Positions 30,965 through 41,652 of a stretch of 64,000 bases of DNA are shown here, piece after piece. The notes under the pieces are model-generated. The model saw nothing but the letters and a program-made list of their open reading frames with translations. It did no database searches and had not been told where the DNA came from. Where the stretch lies: the NCBI GenBank assembly GCA_965203315.1, contig OZ241857.1:1536001-1600000 (forward strand). Direction: 5' to 3'. Each line of letters starts with the position of its first letter. Within the stretch, counting starts at the first letter, position 1. This stretch comes from Nitrosopumilus sp. (lineage in GTDB: Archaea > Thermoproteota > Nitrososphaeria > Nitrososphaerales > Nitrosopumilaceae). A program made the position numbers and the translations under genes.

Positions 30965-31531
30965 ATGGGACAATATGGTGGTCACGCCTCACATTTGAGC
31001 TTTGGTGACGATGTAGACATCGTGGCATCGGGTATCGAAAAGATAAAAGAGTTCAAAGATTGTGTACATTCAGCAACTCTAATTCGACTTCATCTAGAAC
31101 CACGTACGCCAAGCGATCCAACTAGTGATGATTTTATTGTAATTGACAACATGCGCTGTGATACACCCCCCTCAGTAGTCGAGATCAAATACGGCTCACA
31201 TACTATATCACATGAAACGATTCCTGATCTTACAGTATTTTTTGAGGTAAAGATGAATCTAGACGAGCAAGAGTTTCTAGGTAATTTATTAAAACGTGCT
31301 AGAATGAACAAATACGGAGTACTAGAAGAACACAAGTGGAGAGTGAGAATAAAGGGCGAGGATAAAGTCAGTGATTTCTTATTCGCTGGTAAATTAGAAA
31401 AATATGAACTAAAACGTAATTTTGATGACAAGTTCCCTCATGTGCTTGTTAAATGCTGGATCATCGTAACAGATCAAGTTGAAGACAGCAACTTGGAAGA
31501 AAGTCATTCCACATACATAAATTCAAGATAA
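30965..31531 (+). CDS. Hypothetical protein
   Basis: 188-aa ORF with TTATATA upstream; no motif recognised. Confidence 0.6.
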   Translation: MGQYGGHASHLSFGDDVDIVASGIEKIKEFKDCVHSATLIRLHLEPRTPSDPTSDDFIVIDNMRCDTPPSVVEIKYGSHTISHETIPDLTVFFEVKMNLDEQEFLGNLLKRARMNKYGVLEEHKWRVRIKGEDKVSDFLFAGKLEKYELKRNFDDKFPHVLVKCWIIVTDQVEDSNLEESHSTYINSR

Positions 31532-31699
31532 TGTGTGCTAAAAGACTCTAAACAACAAAACATATAGCACACATAAAGAGAAATGAAAAAGTCACAAATT
31601 CATAACCATATTTACCGATCAATGATAATATTGACTAATCCATACCTAATTTCATATGGTTGGAAGTACCAAATTCATTCAGTATAATATAAAGTCGTG

Positions 31700-31820
31700 G
31701 ACATAATAATTTTCCTAGTGTTCAGTATCACAATTTGGCGTTAGCTGTTCTGCCAGAGGTAAACTACGTCTCACCCTACATATGCGGTAGTAAACAAGAA
31801 AACAATTCCGTTCGTGACTA
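31700..31820 (-). repeat. Dispersed repeat (inverted copy at about 53902-54022), probable IS1595 3' remnant
   Basis: About 120 bp of clear similarity; decayed AYV.ET.F.F reading. Confidence 0.55.
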
Positions 31821-31834
31821 TAGAAATGAAAATA

Positions 31835-32533
31835 TCAAATATAATTTAAGTAATCTTGTATCTCAAAGATTTCGGCTAATGAGTAGTCTAATACACTTTG
31901 ATTGTCTTTCATAATTTTTTGTGCTAATTTAAAAGTATTATCTGGAGTGTAAGCATTATTATTTACTGCACATGCCCAACCTAATCTATTTACTTGTGCT
32001 GTTGATAATTGTTGACGACTTAGTATTCTGAGTTTATTCAACGCTTCTTGTTGGGAAGGTGCACGCTCTACTCTAGTGATCAAATACTCTAGATCATTAG
32101 ACGTTCGTTCATAATTTTCACTTCTAATCGAATCGATAATTTTCTTAACTTCTTCCTCGTTCGGTGTTGAAGTATATTTTATTGCGTGCTTGCCACATAA
32201 AACTTCGTATGGCATTGTGTCATCTATGCTAATTGGGATTATTGGAATTTGAAAAGCTAACGCCATACCAATTTCATAGTGTGTATAAGTTGACTTCTTA
32301 AAATTTTTAGATAATAGCACAATAAAAACATCAGAGATCTGAATTCTATTCAATAATTCATCATGAAAACTCGTACCGCCGTTCAAACTTTTTGTATCCA
32401 TAAAAACATCAATATCATGCTTTTGGAGATGTTTATAAAGATCATTTGCGTCCTCTCTATCTTCACCAGCATAGCTCAAAAAGACACTAATTTTAATTTT
32501 GGAATTAGTCAAACTGCTTGCTGATATCAGCAA
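31835..32533 (-). CDS. TIR-domain protein
   Basis: VFLSYAGED, VFMD, SDVFIVLLSKNF, THYEIGMA (catalytic Glu retained). Confidence 0.85.
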   Translation of the reverse strand: MLISASSLTNSKIKISVFLSYAGEDREDANDLYKHLQKHDIDVFMDTKSLNGGTSFHDELLNRIQISDVFIVLLSKNFKKSTYTHYEIGMALAFQIPIIPISIDDTMPYEVLCGKHAIKYTSTPNEEEVKKIIDSIRSENYERTSNDLEYLITRVERAPSQQEALNKLRILSRQQLSTAQVNRLGWACAVNNNAYTPDNTFKLAQKIMKDNQSVLDYSLAEIFEIQDYLNYI

Positions 32534-32719
32534 CTTTAATATATATTTTTTGGTGGGTTTTAACTCTGCAAGAATTGATAATATTGATCCTTGAATAATT
32601 TACTTATACTGAAGTAGATCTTCATCACCAACATAAATTATTCTATCTAATGATTTGTAAATACATGTTTGGAAATCTGTCATTGTAGAGTCTCAACCTT
32701 GGCCAATTTAAAAAACCGT

Positions 32720-32926
32720 GAGAGATGTAGGTTATAGCGTGGGTGACGTGTTAGGTGCACTAGAGGGTCTTCCATTAATACAAGAGAAGGTGATGGGTTT
32801 TCCATACTTTGCAGGTCAATTGCCGTTTCGTGTGCGTTATGTTGTGCCAAATTCTACTGTCATAGTTACAAAGAATACTGTCATAGAGTTTGAAGATGTT
32901 GGAAGATAATCTCAAATGATATCTAT
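32720..32926 (+). repeat. 207-bp direct repeat, copy 2 (3' end of the CDC48-N gene)
   Basis: Duplicate of 30526-30732. Confidence 0.9.
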
Positions 32927-33000
32927 CAATTAACATATGTAGGATTTACTAAACTAATCCTTGACTATATGTACATTCGACAAGAGTCCAAACTTGTACA

Positions 33001-33486
33001 TCAACCGATCTTGCAGCAACTCCGAGCCTGTAACCCTCGAGCAATCCACCATATGGATAGTACAAGTACACCCACCGATATGAATTTCAGCTCTAGTCCT
33101 TGCATAGGAAACAACGACAAACCACCGACTGCACCCAAGATCACTGCTAGTGGTGCTGTACATGCGGGACATCCAGGTGTAAATGCAGCAAATGCACCGC
33201 CTAGAATTGCAGACGAGTCTGTCTTTACCGAGTTCATCTTCTTTACCATGTTTATCTTGAACGCAATCATCGCAAAGTTGATTCCGGCAAGAGCAGATAT
33301 TCCTACTGTGAGTGGTATGGATATGGCCATGTATCCTTGAACCTCTTGTACACCAATATGCATAGGTAACATCGACATCGTTAGAACATAGTATAGTAAA
33401 CCAAGACAGATGCCACTGATTATTGCAATACTGGCATATCGGCGCATTGACAATACATTTGAGATCAGTTGTATCTTTGTCTGCAA
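33001..33486 (-). CDS. Membrane protein with CPAC motif
   Basis: About four hydrophobic helices, GCPACTAPL, C-terminal CC. Confidence 0.7.
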   Translation of the reverse strand: MQTKIQLISNVLSMRRYASIAIISGICLGLLYYVLTMSMLPMHIGVQEVQGYMAISIPLTVGISALAGINFAMIAFKINMVKKMNSVKTDSSAILGGAFAAFTPGCPACTAPLAVILGAVGGLSLFPMQGLELKFISVGVLVLSIWWIARGLQARSCCKIG

Positions 33487-33562
33487 TACTGTTTGTACAA
33501 CATTAATCGTATTTTAATCATCTTTACGAAGAATTATTACTATAGATGGTATCATAGTCTAC

Positions 33563-33814
33563 ATGTCAGATATGTCATCTAGCGAGAGAGAGATACTGGT
33601 ACAGTATGGGATCTTAAAGTATGACAACGAAGTCACACTCACTACAAAACTAGGTTCTATCTTGTCTGAAAGAGAGATTCAGCGAACCATTGACACTCTC
33701 TTGGGTACTCAGCGTATAAGACGCATAGGTCCGGATGTACTTCAAAACAACGAGAGCCATACCGAACTACCTAAAATCCCCGAGAGTATCAGAGATCTGG
33801 TCGACTCGCTCTAA
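33563..33814 (+). CDS. Hypothetical protein
   Basis: Clean 83-aa ORF, divergent from neighbour. Confidence 0.65.
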   Translation: MSDMSSSEREILVQYGILKYDNEVTLTTKLGSILSEREIQRTIDTLLGTQRIRRIGPDVLQNNESHTELPKIPESIRDLVDSL

Positions 33815-33856
33815 AATAACAACTGTTAAATTCATGTACTTGCAACATAATAAATC

Positions 33857-34282
33857 ATGAATAGACTACTCTTGTTGGTACTACCTCTTGTTGTATTTGT
33901 GTTTGCTCCTGCATTTGCTCATCCACACGCTATAGATCCCATGGATGGTCACACACATGATTCAGTTATCATTCCACTAGATGAAACACGTGGTATCGAG
34001 AGATCGTTGATATCATTTGATGCTCCTTCAGATAATGAATTACCTTGGGGATTTGTACGTGGTGTAATACCAAATCATGTTGAAGGTTATCCTGTGATAA
34101 TTCAGATCTTTGATGGGACTGATCCTATCCACTTTGCTCAAACTGATGTAAATCCAGATGGGTCTTATGAGTATAGATTCCGTGTTCTATCTTCTGATGA
34201 TACATCGACAGTACGAATATTCGATGGCGCTTATACTGTCAAGATATTCAAAGTGGTGTATCTCGATCTAAAATCCACGTAG
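33857..34282 (+). CDS. Secreted hypothetical protein
   Basis: Signal peptide ending APAFA, His-rich N-terminus. Confidence 0.7.
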   Translation: MNRLLLLVLPLVVFVFAPAFAHPHAIDPMDGHTHDSVIIPLDETRGIERSLISFDAPSDNELPWGFVRGVIPNHVEGYPVIIQIFDGTDPIHFAQTDVNPDGSYEYRFRVLSSDDTSTVRIFDGAYTVKIFKVVYLDLKST

Positions 34283-35146
34283 TCCTTGTGGACGAACAAT
34301 CTCTGGATGTTCTCGCATCCACTCTATCTTGTCTATCATGGATTCTTTATCTTGTGGTAGCGTTCCCTTTATTGTATATGCATTTGATCCATGATTTGCA
34401 CGAAAGACGATCTCTTGTCTAGTCTCTATCTGATTTATCAGATCATATAGTTCGTCTAATGCCTCATCATCCGACACTCTGATGAACGGTTCTCCAAACT
34501 TGTCGAGAAACTCTTGTTTTATGCCATTCTCTAGGTATAATGTCAATGCTCCAACATAGTTTGGTGAACATTGGCTTATGACTTGGGCCGTACCTCTGAC
34601 ATGTTCTTTAGAGTAGGTCTTGCCCCCAAGCCCCAATATCACCATACATGACATTATGTATCCTGCATCTTTTGCCTTGTTTACAGATCTGATTATGGTC
34701 TGTGCAACAGCTCCTTTTGTAACCTTTTTTAGTACAATGTCAGAACCACTCTCAATTCCTAGATAGAACATGTCTAATCCTGCCTCTCGCATCATGATCA
34801 ACTCTTCGCGCGTCTTTTTGAGTATGTTCATCGGCATTGCATAGCATGATATGCGCTCTATGTGTTCAAATTTTTCACGAATGTATCTTGTAATCTTTGC
34901 CATATACTCTGCATCTAGATTTAATGCATCACCATCTGCAAGAAAGACTCTCTTGGTCTCTGGCATATGCTTGGACATCATGTCTATCTCACCCTTTATC
35001 TCGTCCCATGGTCGTTCTAGATACTCTTTTGATCTATACATGTCACAAAAAGAACATTCGTTAAAAGAACATCCTAGTGTAACTTGAAAGATTAGAGATC
35101 TCGCCTCTGACGGCGGCCTATACAATGGGGAATCATAACTTAGCAT
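34268..35146 (-). CDS. Radical SAM protein
   Basis: YRPPSEA..QVTLGCSFNECSFCDMY. Confidence 0.9.
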   Translation of the reverse strand: MLSYDSPLYRPPSEARSLIFQVTLGCSFNECSFCDMYRSKEYLERPWDEIKGEIDMMSKHMPETKRVFLADGDALNLDAEYMAKITRYIREKFEHIERISCYAMPMNILKKTREELIMMREAGLDMFYLGIESGSDIVLKKVTKGAVAQTIIRSVNKAKDAGYIMSCMVILGLGGKTYSKEHVRGTAQVISQCSPNYVGALTLYLENGIKQEFLDKFGEPFIRVSDDEALDELYDLINQIETRQEIVFRANHGSNAYTIKGTLPQDKESMIDKIEWMREHPEIVRPQGLRGF

Positions 35147-35190
35147 AACTTGTCAAGAGTCTTGATCTCTTATATTTTAATGGACTATCA

Positions 35191-35271
35191 GGATCTTTTC
35201 GATCCGCATGATGTGACATTTCGTAAGGCTTTTTCTGTAACCATTCTATCTCACGTAAATCGAAAAGATCT
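35191..35271. mobile_element. IS6-derived MITE
   Basis: GGATCTTTTCGAT ... GTAAATCGAAAAGATCT; interior matches 16392-16471. Confidence 0.75.
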
Positions 35272-35387
35272 AACATGTTAAAAATACAGAATCGTTGATC
35301 TTGACATTCAAGTGTATATCAATCTAACCTCATTCATTAGCAAATCTGGGAGATTTATATTGTGGTGTCTTGTACCCAAGCACGAAT

Positions 35388-35669
35388 ATGACGCATTCCA
35401 ATCTAGTGGAGGTAGATTTCAGAGTTTGTTGTAGTCACAAGGATCATGATAAACCGTGTAATGATACACTGATGGCCATACATGACAAATTTTGGAATGT
35501 CACAAACATCAGTACTGTAAGACCACTTGAAGGCTCTGAAGATATGTGTATTATAGGCTTGGCTAAAATTAATCCAAGAAAACGAAAGAGATTTGAAGAG
35601 GATTTATTAAAATTACACATAAATGGAAAACGAATCACAAAGTCTAGGGTTACTATACTACGAGATTAG
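35388..35669 (+). CDS. Hypothetical protein
   Basis: About 93-aa ORF from ATG 35388. Confidence 0.5.
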   Translation: MTHSNLVEVDFRVCCSHKDHDKPCNDTLMAIHDKFWNVTNISTVRPLEGSEDMCIIGLAKINPRKRKRFEEDLLKLHINGKRITKSRVTILRD

Positions 35670-35945
35670 TTAAGATTTGTACCTTGTGATTAAATTTAGT
35701 GTGGATTCTAGAAAACATATACTGGGCGGATTAAAGAAAACTATGCTTTTACGCAAATGATATTTTGAATATAGAGTTTACGAGTAATCATAGGGTGTAG
35801 CCCAGAGTTTATCAACAAACAACAGTCAAAAGTAGAAGTCGATGACTTGTAAAAAGAATACCATATCGAACGAGGAACTAACTACTTTCCGGATCCCACA
35901 AATGCAGATCATGGCAAATTACTTATTAGTTACAAGTAGTTCATA

Positions 35946-36563
35946 ATGTTGGGAAGCAGTATGTGTGTTGAAATTGAAGACGAGTATGTTATCTTGGCTC
36001 TGATAAAAAAGATGACTCAATCTAATCCTGCCGATCAAGAATATACTAAAAAATCATTGCACAAGAGTTTGTATCTCTTAAATCACCACATTCGTGTTTT
36101 TTCTTTTACATGGGGTGATCACGGCCCATTTAGTTATGATATTCATTATGTCTTGATTGATCTAATACATCGCAAGTATATAAAAGAGACACGTGTTCAA
36201 AACTCTGTAGGTACATCTCACAATCTAGAATATGTAAAGAAAGACTATTCTTATTTTGAAATAAAACTAAAATTACCTCCAAATCTAGTTTCTTCGTTAG
36301 ACAAGATAGTTGAATTTACATTACACAAATCTCCTAGAGAATTGGAACTCTTGGCTTCTGTTCATTATTTGGCCATAGATCAAAAATTTGAATCAAACGA
36401 ATATACTGTTGATTATATCTTTAATCAACTTTCTATACTGAAACCATATACAAGTTTTACAATGTCGGATGTACAAAAAGCAATTGAGATTCTAGAAGAG
36501 CATAAATATTTGGCACCTAATAAATTACCCAGTCTCGCACCGACTCTATCTCTGATTCTATAG
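35946..36563 (+). CDS. YwgA/SocA-like winged-helix protein
   Basis: LHKSLYL, W.DHGPFS.DI, LELLASVHYL. Confidence 0.6.
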   Translation: MLGSSMCVEIEDEYVILALIKKMTQSNPADQEYTKKSLHKSLYLLNHHIRVFSFTWGDHGPFSYDIHYVLIDLIHRKYIKETRVQNSVGTSHNLEYVKKDYSYFEIKLKLPPNLVSSLDKIVEFTLHKSPRELELLASVHYLAIDQKFESNEYTVDYIFNQLSILKPYTSFTMSDVQKAIEILEEHKYLAPNKLPSLAPTLSLIL

Positions 36564-36924
36564 TTATGGGCATAATTGTTTTCTTGGTATTTGTTATTGT
36601 ACTCTGTTTTATCTATTCTGCTAGATGTAAACTATCTGATCATACATATTCATAAAATTATTATTGGTGGTCTGTTCATAAGAGCCGAGCATCATGAACA
36701 GATACCTATGTAAATGTGGTCGTATCTTTTATCAGAAAAACAACGCAATCAAATGCCATAACGACTTTACAGAAGAGACACTCGATTGATCTAAGGCCAT
36801 CTTGAGATTCTCTATGACAAGTTTGACAAATTTAATGACGAGATCCGCACAATATTTGGATACATCTGGTACAATTTGTTATCTAGAGACTGTTGCCGAT
36901 TAGCATAGATGTGTTTACGATGTT

Positions 36925-37386
36925 TTGATTTATTTAGATAGAGATTTGGAGCAATTCATGTTACGCGCATATCTGAGATTTAACAAGAACATTTTGATCG
37001 CAATGTCTGTATCTGTCGTAATATCGGCTATCGTTGCTCAGTTGTTGGCAGATCAGATTGACTATCTAAACACGACATATACTACTGTGGTAGATTATGT
37101 TGTATTCTTTAGCGTCTTTGGACTCTTGTTTTATCTGGACAATCGAGCAGAGTACAGAACAGAGTCTGGTACAGATAATACAAGACTGCGTAATGATCTC
37201 AAAAAACTGATCACGTCACTTGGTGTAGGCGAGATAATATACACAATTGCAAGATGGGTAATTCAGTACTATATGCTTGTCCTGAACTATGATCCATATA
37301 TCGCATCGATCATATCTCAGGTTATATCGGGAGGTATCTATCTAGTTACAGTTAATTTGGGCTTAAAGATTACGAGAATGTATTAA
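36925..37386 (+). CDS. Membrane protein
   Basis: Four hydrophobic segments; directly upstream of RNase HI. Confidence 0.7.
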   Translation: MIYLDRDLEQFMLRAYLRFNKNILIAMSVSVVISAIVAQLLADQIDYLNTTYTTVVDYVVFFSVFGLLFYLDNRAEYRTESGTDNTRLRNDLKKLITSLGVGEIIYTIARWVIQYYMLVLNYDPYIASIISQVISGGIYLVTVNLGLKITRMY

Positions 37387-37388
37387 TC

Positions 37389-37736
37389 ATGAACGTATAC
37401 GTTGATGGCTCTGGAGGCGACAATTCTAGATATGGGTTTTATATAAAAGAGACAGGCGAATCTAAATGTGAATATTTACCAAACATGACAAACAATGAAG
37501 CAGAGTATCGTGGTATAATTACAGCACTTGAACAGATCGGTCCTACAGACAAACATATCATGATATACAGTGACTCTAAAATAGCAGTAAACCAGATAAA
37601 TCACGAGTATCACATAAAGAAGAAACATCTTCGGGATCTTGCAAGTAAAGTGTGGGAATTATTGCCTGGACTTCCAAACTGCGAAATAGTCTGGATTCCG
37701 AGAGATGAGAATATTGCAGGTAAGATGCTTGGATAG
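37389..37736 (+). CDS. rnhA: Ribonuclease HI (archaeal type)
   Basis: VYVDGSG, TNNEAEY, YSDS, WIPRDEN. Confidence 0.85.
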   Translation: MNVYVDGSGGDNSRYGFYIKETGESKCEYLPNMTNNEAEYRGIITALEQIGPTDKHIMIYSDSKIAVNQINHEYHIKKKHLRDLASKVWELLPGLPNCEIVWIPRDENIAGKMLG

Positions 37737-37824
37737 TGGTGATGTTATCTATACGATATTCAGACATGATGTTTGTGCCTCCATAAGTAGCTTTATTATA
37801 CAAGATCTCTAGAATCTGTTTAAC

Positions 37825-39921
37825 ATGCCAGAGTCTGTCTTTTTATCCCCTAGATCAATAGCAGTTATTGGAGCATCAGATAAACCTGGAAGTGTTGGCT
37901 CTACTATTACCTCAAATATTATGAAAGGGTTTCGTGGAGAAATCTATCCTATCAGTCCTTCTCGCGACAAGGTATTTGACAAGCAAGCATACAAGAGCGT
38001 CTTGGATGTACCAAAGAGTATCGATCTAGCAGTAATTGTAATCAAGAATAATCTAGTTGCTACAGTTCTAGAAGAGTGTGGCAAGAAGAAGATCAAGGGA
38101 GTGATCATAATCACAGCTGGGTTCAAAGAGGTGGATGAAGAGGGGGCTAGACGCGAACAAGAGATCAAAGATATTGCAGCAAGATACAAGATTCAGATAA
38201 TTGGACCAAACTGCCTAGGCGTGATGAATCTAGACCCCAAGACGATGATGAACTCTACATTCCTCAAAGTTACGCCCAAGTCGGGCAAGATTGCGTTGGT
38301 GTCTCAGAGTGGTGCAATCTGTGCAGCTCTGGTCGAAGATGCTAGTGCACAAGGAATTGGTTTCTCTGCGGTGGTCAGTCTTGGAAACAAGGCTGCAATG
38401 AGCGAAGTCGATATCCTACGAATACTTGCAAAGCACAAGCAGACCAAAGTTATTGTAATGTATCTAGAAGACATGGGAGACGGTCAAGAGTTTCTCAAAG
38501 TCTGTAAAGATATCACAAAGCGACTAAAGAAACCAATCTTGATCTTAAAGTCTGGTCGCAGTCCCGAGGGCGCAAAAGCAGCAATGTCACATACTGGCGC
38601 TCTGATGGGTTCTGATGAGATATACGATGCATTGATCAAACAGTCTGGTGCAATCAGAGTAGATACGATGGAAGAACTCTTTGATTATGCTACAGCATTC
38701 TCTGAACAACCGCTCCCATTACGAGGTGATCTGGTCATAGTCTCTAATGCTGGTGGCCCCGCAATCATCTCGACAGACGCATGCTCCAAGTTGGGAATAA
38801 AGATGGCCGATATCACTAGTATACGTAAAAAGATCGATGCTGTAATCCCGCCATGGGGAAGTTCACGAAATCCAGTTGATATAGTAGGCGATGCTGATTA
38901 TACTCGATTTGAGAATGTGTTGAATCATGTACTCAAACACCCAAAGGTCGGTTCTGTCATTACCATGTGTACTCCATCTGGTACACTAGACTATGACAAA
39001 TTGGCCCAAGTTATAGTTGCATCTTTTAAAAAATATCGCAAGACTATGCTTGCAAGTTTGATGGGTCTAGATGAAGGAGTAACAAACCGTGAGATTCTTG
39101 CAGACGGTAATATTCCATATTATACATATGCTGAAGGTGCTATACGTGCACTTGCAGCTATGATTCGATTTGCAGATTGGACTAGAACTCCATTGGGGGA
39201 GATCAAACGATTCTCAGTAAACAAGTCCAAAGTGAATGATATATTCACAAAGGTAAGACAAGATGGTCGTACCAATCTACTTGAAGAAGAGGGTCAAGAG
39301 GTACTAAAGGCGTATGGTCTACCACTACCTCGTAGCGCACTAGCGACATCCGAGTCGGCTGCTGTAAAGATCGCAAAAGAGATCGGCTATCCGGTCGTAA
39401 TGAAGATCGTCTCTCCGCAGATAATTCACAAGTCAGATGCTGGTGGCGTACAAGTGAACCTAACTAGTGCAGGTCAAGTTCGTTCTGCATTCAAAACTAT
39501 AGTAAAGAATGCGAAAAAGTATGATAGCAAAGCCGAGATCAAAGGCGTCTTGATAGTTGAGATGGTCCAGGGCGGAAGAGAGATGATAATCGGCTCTAAA
39601 CTTGAACCTGGCTTTGGTCCGGTCATAATGTTGGGCATGGGAGGAATATACGTCGAAGTTCTCAAAGACGTGACGTTTCGAGTTGCTCCTGTGACTGGTC
39701 AAGAGGCAGATGATATGATCTCATCTATTAAGGCTAGGAGACTTTTGGAAGGGGTCCGCGGTGAGTTGCCATCGGATACTACAAAACTCTCCGAGTGTAT
39801 ACAGAGATTATCTCAACTCGTATCTGACTTTGCTGAGATCAAAGAACTCGATATGAATCCTGTTCTAGTCTTAGAGAAAGGCAAGGGCTGTAAGATCCTC
39901 GATGTTCGTATTGGATTATGA
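37825..39921 (+). CDS. 4-hydroxybutyrate--CoA ligase (ADP-forming), HP/HB cycle
   Basis: 698-aa NDP-forming acyl-CoA synthetase (IGPNCLG, SHTGAL, HKSDAGGV, ELDMNP) resembling Nmar_0206; co-oriented with hcd. Confidence 0.8.
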   Translation: MPESVFLSPRSIAVIGASDKPGSVGSTITSNIMKGFRGEIYPISPSRDKVFDKQAYKSVLDVPKSIDLAVIVIKNNLVATVLEECGKKKIKGVIIITAGFKEVDEEGARREQEIKDIAARYKIQIIGPNCLGVMNLDPKTMMNSTFLKVTPKSGKIALVSQSGAICAALVEDASAQGIGFSAVVSLGNKAAMSEVDILRILAKHKQTKVIVMYLEDMGDGQEFLKVCKDITKRLKKPILILKSGRSPEGAKAAMSHTGALMGSDEIYDALIKQSGAIRVDTMEELFDYATAFSEQPLPLRGDLVIVSNAGGPAIISTDACSKLGIKMADITSIRKKIDAVIPPWGSSRNPVDIVGDADYTRFENVLNHVLKHPKVGSVITMCTPSGTLDYDKLAQVIVASFKKYRKTMLASLMGLDEGVTNREILADGNIPYYTYAEGAIRALAAMIRFADWTRTPLGEIKRFSVNKSKVNDIFTKVRQDGRTNLLEEEGQEVLKAYGLPLPRSALATSESAAVKIAKEIGYPVVMKIVSPQIIHKSDAGGVQVNLTSAGQVRSAFKTIVKNAKKYDSKAEIKGVLIVEMVQGGREMIIGSKLEPGFGPVIMLGMGGIYVEVLKDVTFRVAPVTGQEADDMISSIKARRLLEGVRGELPSDTTKLSECIQRLSQLVSDFAEIKELDMNPVLVLEKGKGCKILDVRIGL

Positions 39922-40128
39922 TGCTGAGTATCAGATTTTGATCACAAGAATGTTGGATCGATACAATGCCCATGCATCAAATACGTACAACCGTATCCAT
40001 CTATCGCTTGATGCTATCAAGTCATAGAGCTGTATGAGTTCTGTATGCTCGAGACATGGAAGATTCAATGCTATGAAATCTCTAGATCGATAATTAGATT
40101 GTTAATGATACGACAATAATCGAGATTA

Positions 40129-40620
40129 CTATGTCCTTACTATCACTATGTCACCAGGATCTGCTTTGCGTTCTGATCCAACGTCAATAAGACTAGTACA
40201 TACACGATCAATTACTCCCAATAAACATATCTCGTCTTTACCGTTTAATGGAACTACACTATTTCCTATTGCATGAAATTTACCATTCTCATCTGGTGTT
40301 TTATCCAATTCTAATGTGACCAAATGTCCATCAGCAACAAATTCTCCTGCTCTCATAACCATATGAGATCCACGAGGTAGAAATTTACCAGATTTGGTAC
40401 CGCTAGTAGAAACGTCAGATACAGCTTGGAATATTCTTCCCCTCAAGTTTATCGGATCAGTACTAGATGATACTGGTTCGAGTTCTATGATGTGATCCTC
40501 ATTGTTAGTAGTATATATCCACCCCTTGACGATCTTTGTATTTTGTTCTATAGTTTTAGTCAGTAAAGTATCGTAATCTGGATTGTCTCCAGGAATGTAT
40601 GATGGCCTACCAGTTGGCAT
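40129..40620 (-). CDS. Hypothetical protein
   Basis: 163-aa ORF; TTTATA upstream. Confidence 0.6.
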   Translation of the reverse strand: MPTGRPSYIPGDNPDYDTLLTKTIEQNTKIVKGWIYTTNNEDHIIELEPVSSSTDPINLRGRIFQAVSDVSTSGTKSGKFLPRGSHMVMRAGEFVADGHLVTLELDKTPDENGKFHAIGNSVVPLNGKDEICLLGVIDRVCTSLIDVGSERKADPGDIVIVRT

Positions 40621-40791
40621 GATTCTATAAACTTGTATTACTATTTGAGTTTATAAAGTTTTATAATTGTCAAATTTTGAGAATTTTGCGTAAAAACTAA
40701 CAACCTGCCCAAGCTGACAGAACCGTCATTTCGGTTATTGAATCTAATTCTTTCACAAGATTTATGTATATTATGTGTGCTACTAGTAACA

Positions 40792-41652
40792 ATGAGTGTT
40801 ACCAAAAATACACAAAATATACGTAAAGGAGTATCGGAAAAAGAGTCGCATCTATTATGTACACTTGCCAATAAAGGCAAAACGATCATCGATCTCAAAG
40901 ATATATCTGATATTACCCACGCGTCGCATGGGTATGCTAAAGTCATAGCAAATAGACTCTGCAGTAAAAGATGGTTATTACCAATAGTTCGAGGAAGATA
41001 TCTCATAGTACCGCTAGAGGCAGGAGTCGAGTCTAGATATACAGAGCATAGCTTTATTATCGCATCTCAGATTACTAAAAACAGTTCTTATTATATTGCA
41101 TACTGGACCGCCTTAAACTATTATAATTATACAGAACAGACTCCATTTACAGTCTTTGTTGTGACCACTAGTAGAGTACCTAGTATTGTTATCCATGGCG
41201 TAAAATACAAATTTGTTACAATCACCAAAAGAAAACTCTTCGGCATAAAGACTCTGATGATTGGAAGACAAAAAGTATTCATTTCTGACAAAGAAAAAAC
41301 CATAGTTGATGCATTGGATCACCCAGAATATTGTGGTGGAATAGTAACAGTTGCAGAGTGTTTGCTGGCGGCAATAAAAAACGACAACGTCTCTTTTGAA
41401 CGATTAATAGAATATGCTGCCCTGCAAAATAGCACTATAATCAAAAGACTTGGATATCTGATAGATGTACTTGAGATCAAAATACCATCTAATATTTACA
41501 AACAAATGTTAAATTTGATTAAAAGTGGTTATTCTTTATTAGAGCCATTATCAGCAGTACCAACAAAAAACACAACAAATTCAAAATGGAAATTATTCCT
41601 AAATGTGAGCAACGAATTTATTTTAGAAGCCAAGTCAACAATGGATACATAA
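40792..41652 (+). CDS. Type IV TA antitoxin AbiEi-like
   Basis: N-terminal wHTH (RGRY), YYIAYWTALNYY..TEQ.P, SDKEKTIVD, KRLGYL. Confidence 0.85.
   Translation: MSVTKNTQNIRKGVSEKESHLLCTLANKGKTIIDLKDISDITHASHGYAKVIANRLCSKRWLLPIVRGRYLIVPLEAGVESRYTEHSFIIASQITKNSSYYIAYWTALNYYNYTEQTPFTVFVVTTSRVPSIVIHGVKYKFVTITKRKLFGIKTLMIGRQKVFISDKEKTIVDALDHPEYCGGIVTVAECLLAAIKNDNVSFERLIEYAALQNSTIIKRLGYLIDVLEIKIPSNIYKQMLNLIKSGYSLLEPLSAVPTKNTTNSKWKLFLNVSNEFILEAKSTMDT

Noticed and set aside
32718-32909. 63-aa ORF as an independent gene
   Set aside because: It is the duplicated 3' end of 30149-30715
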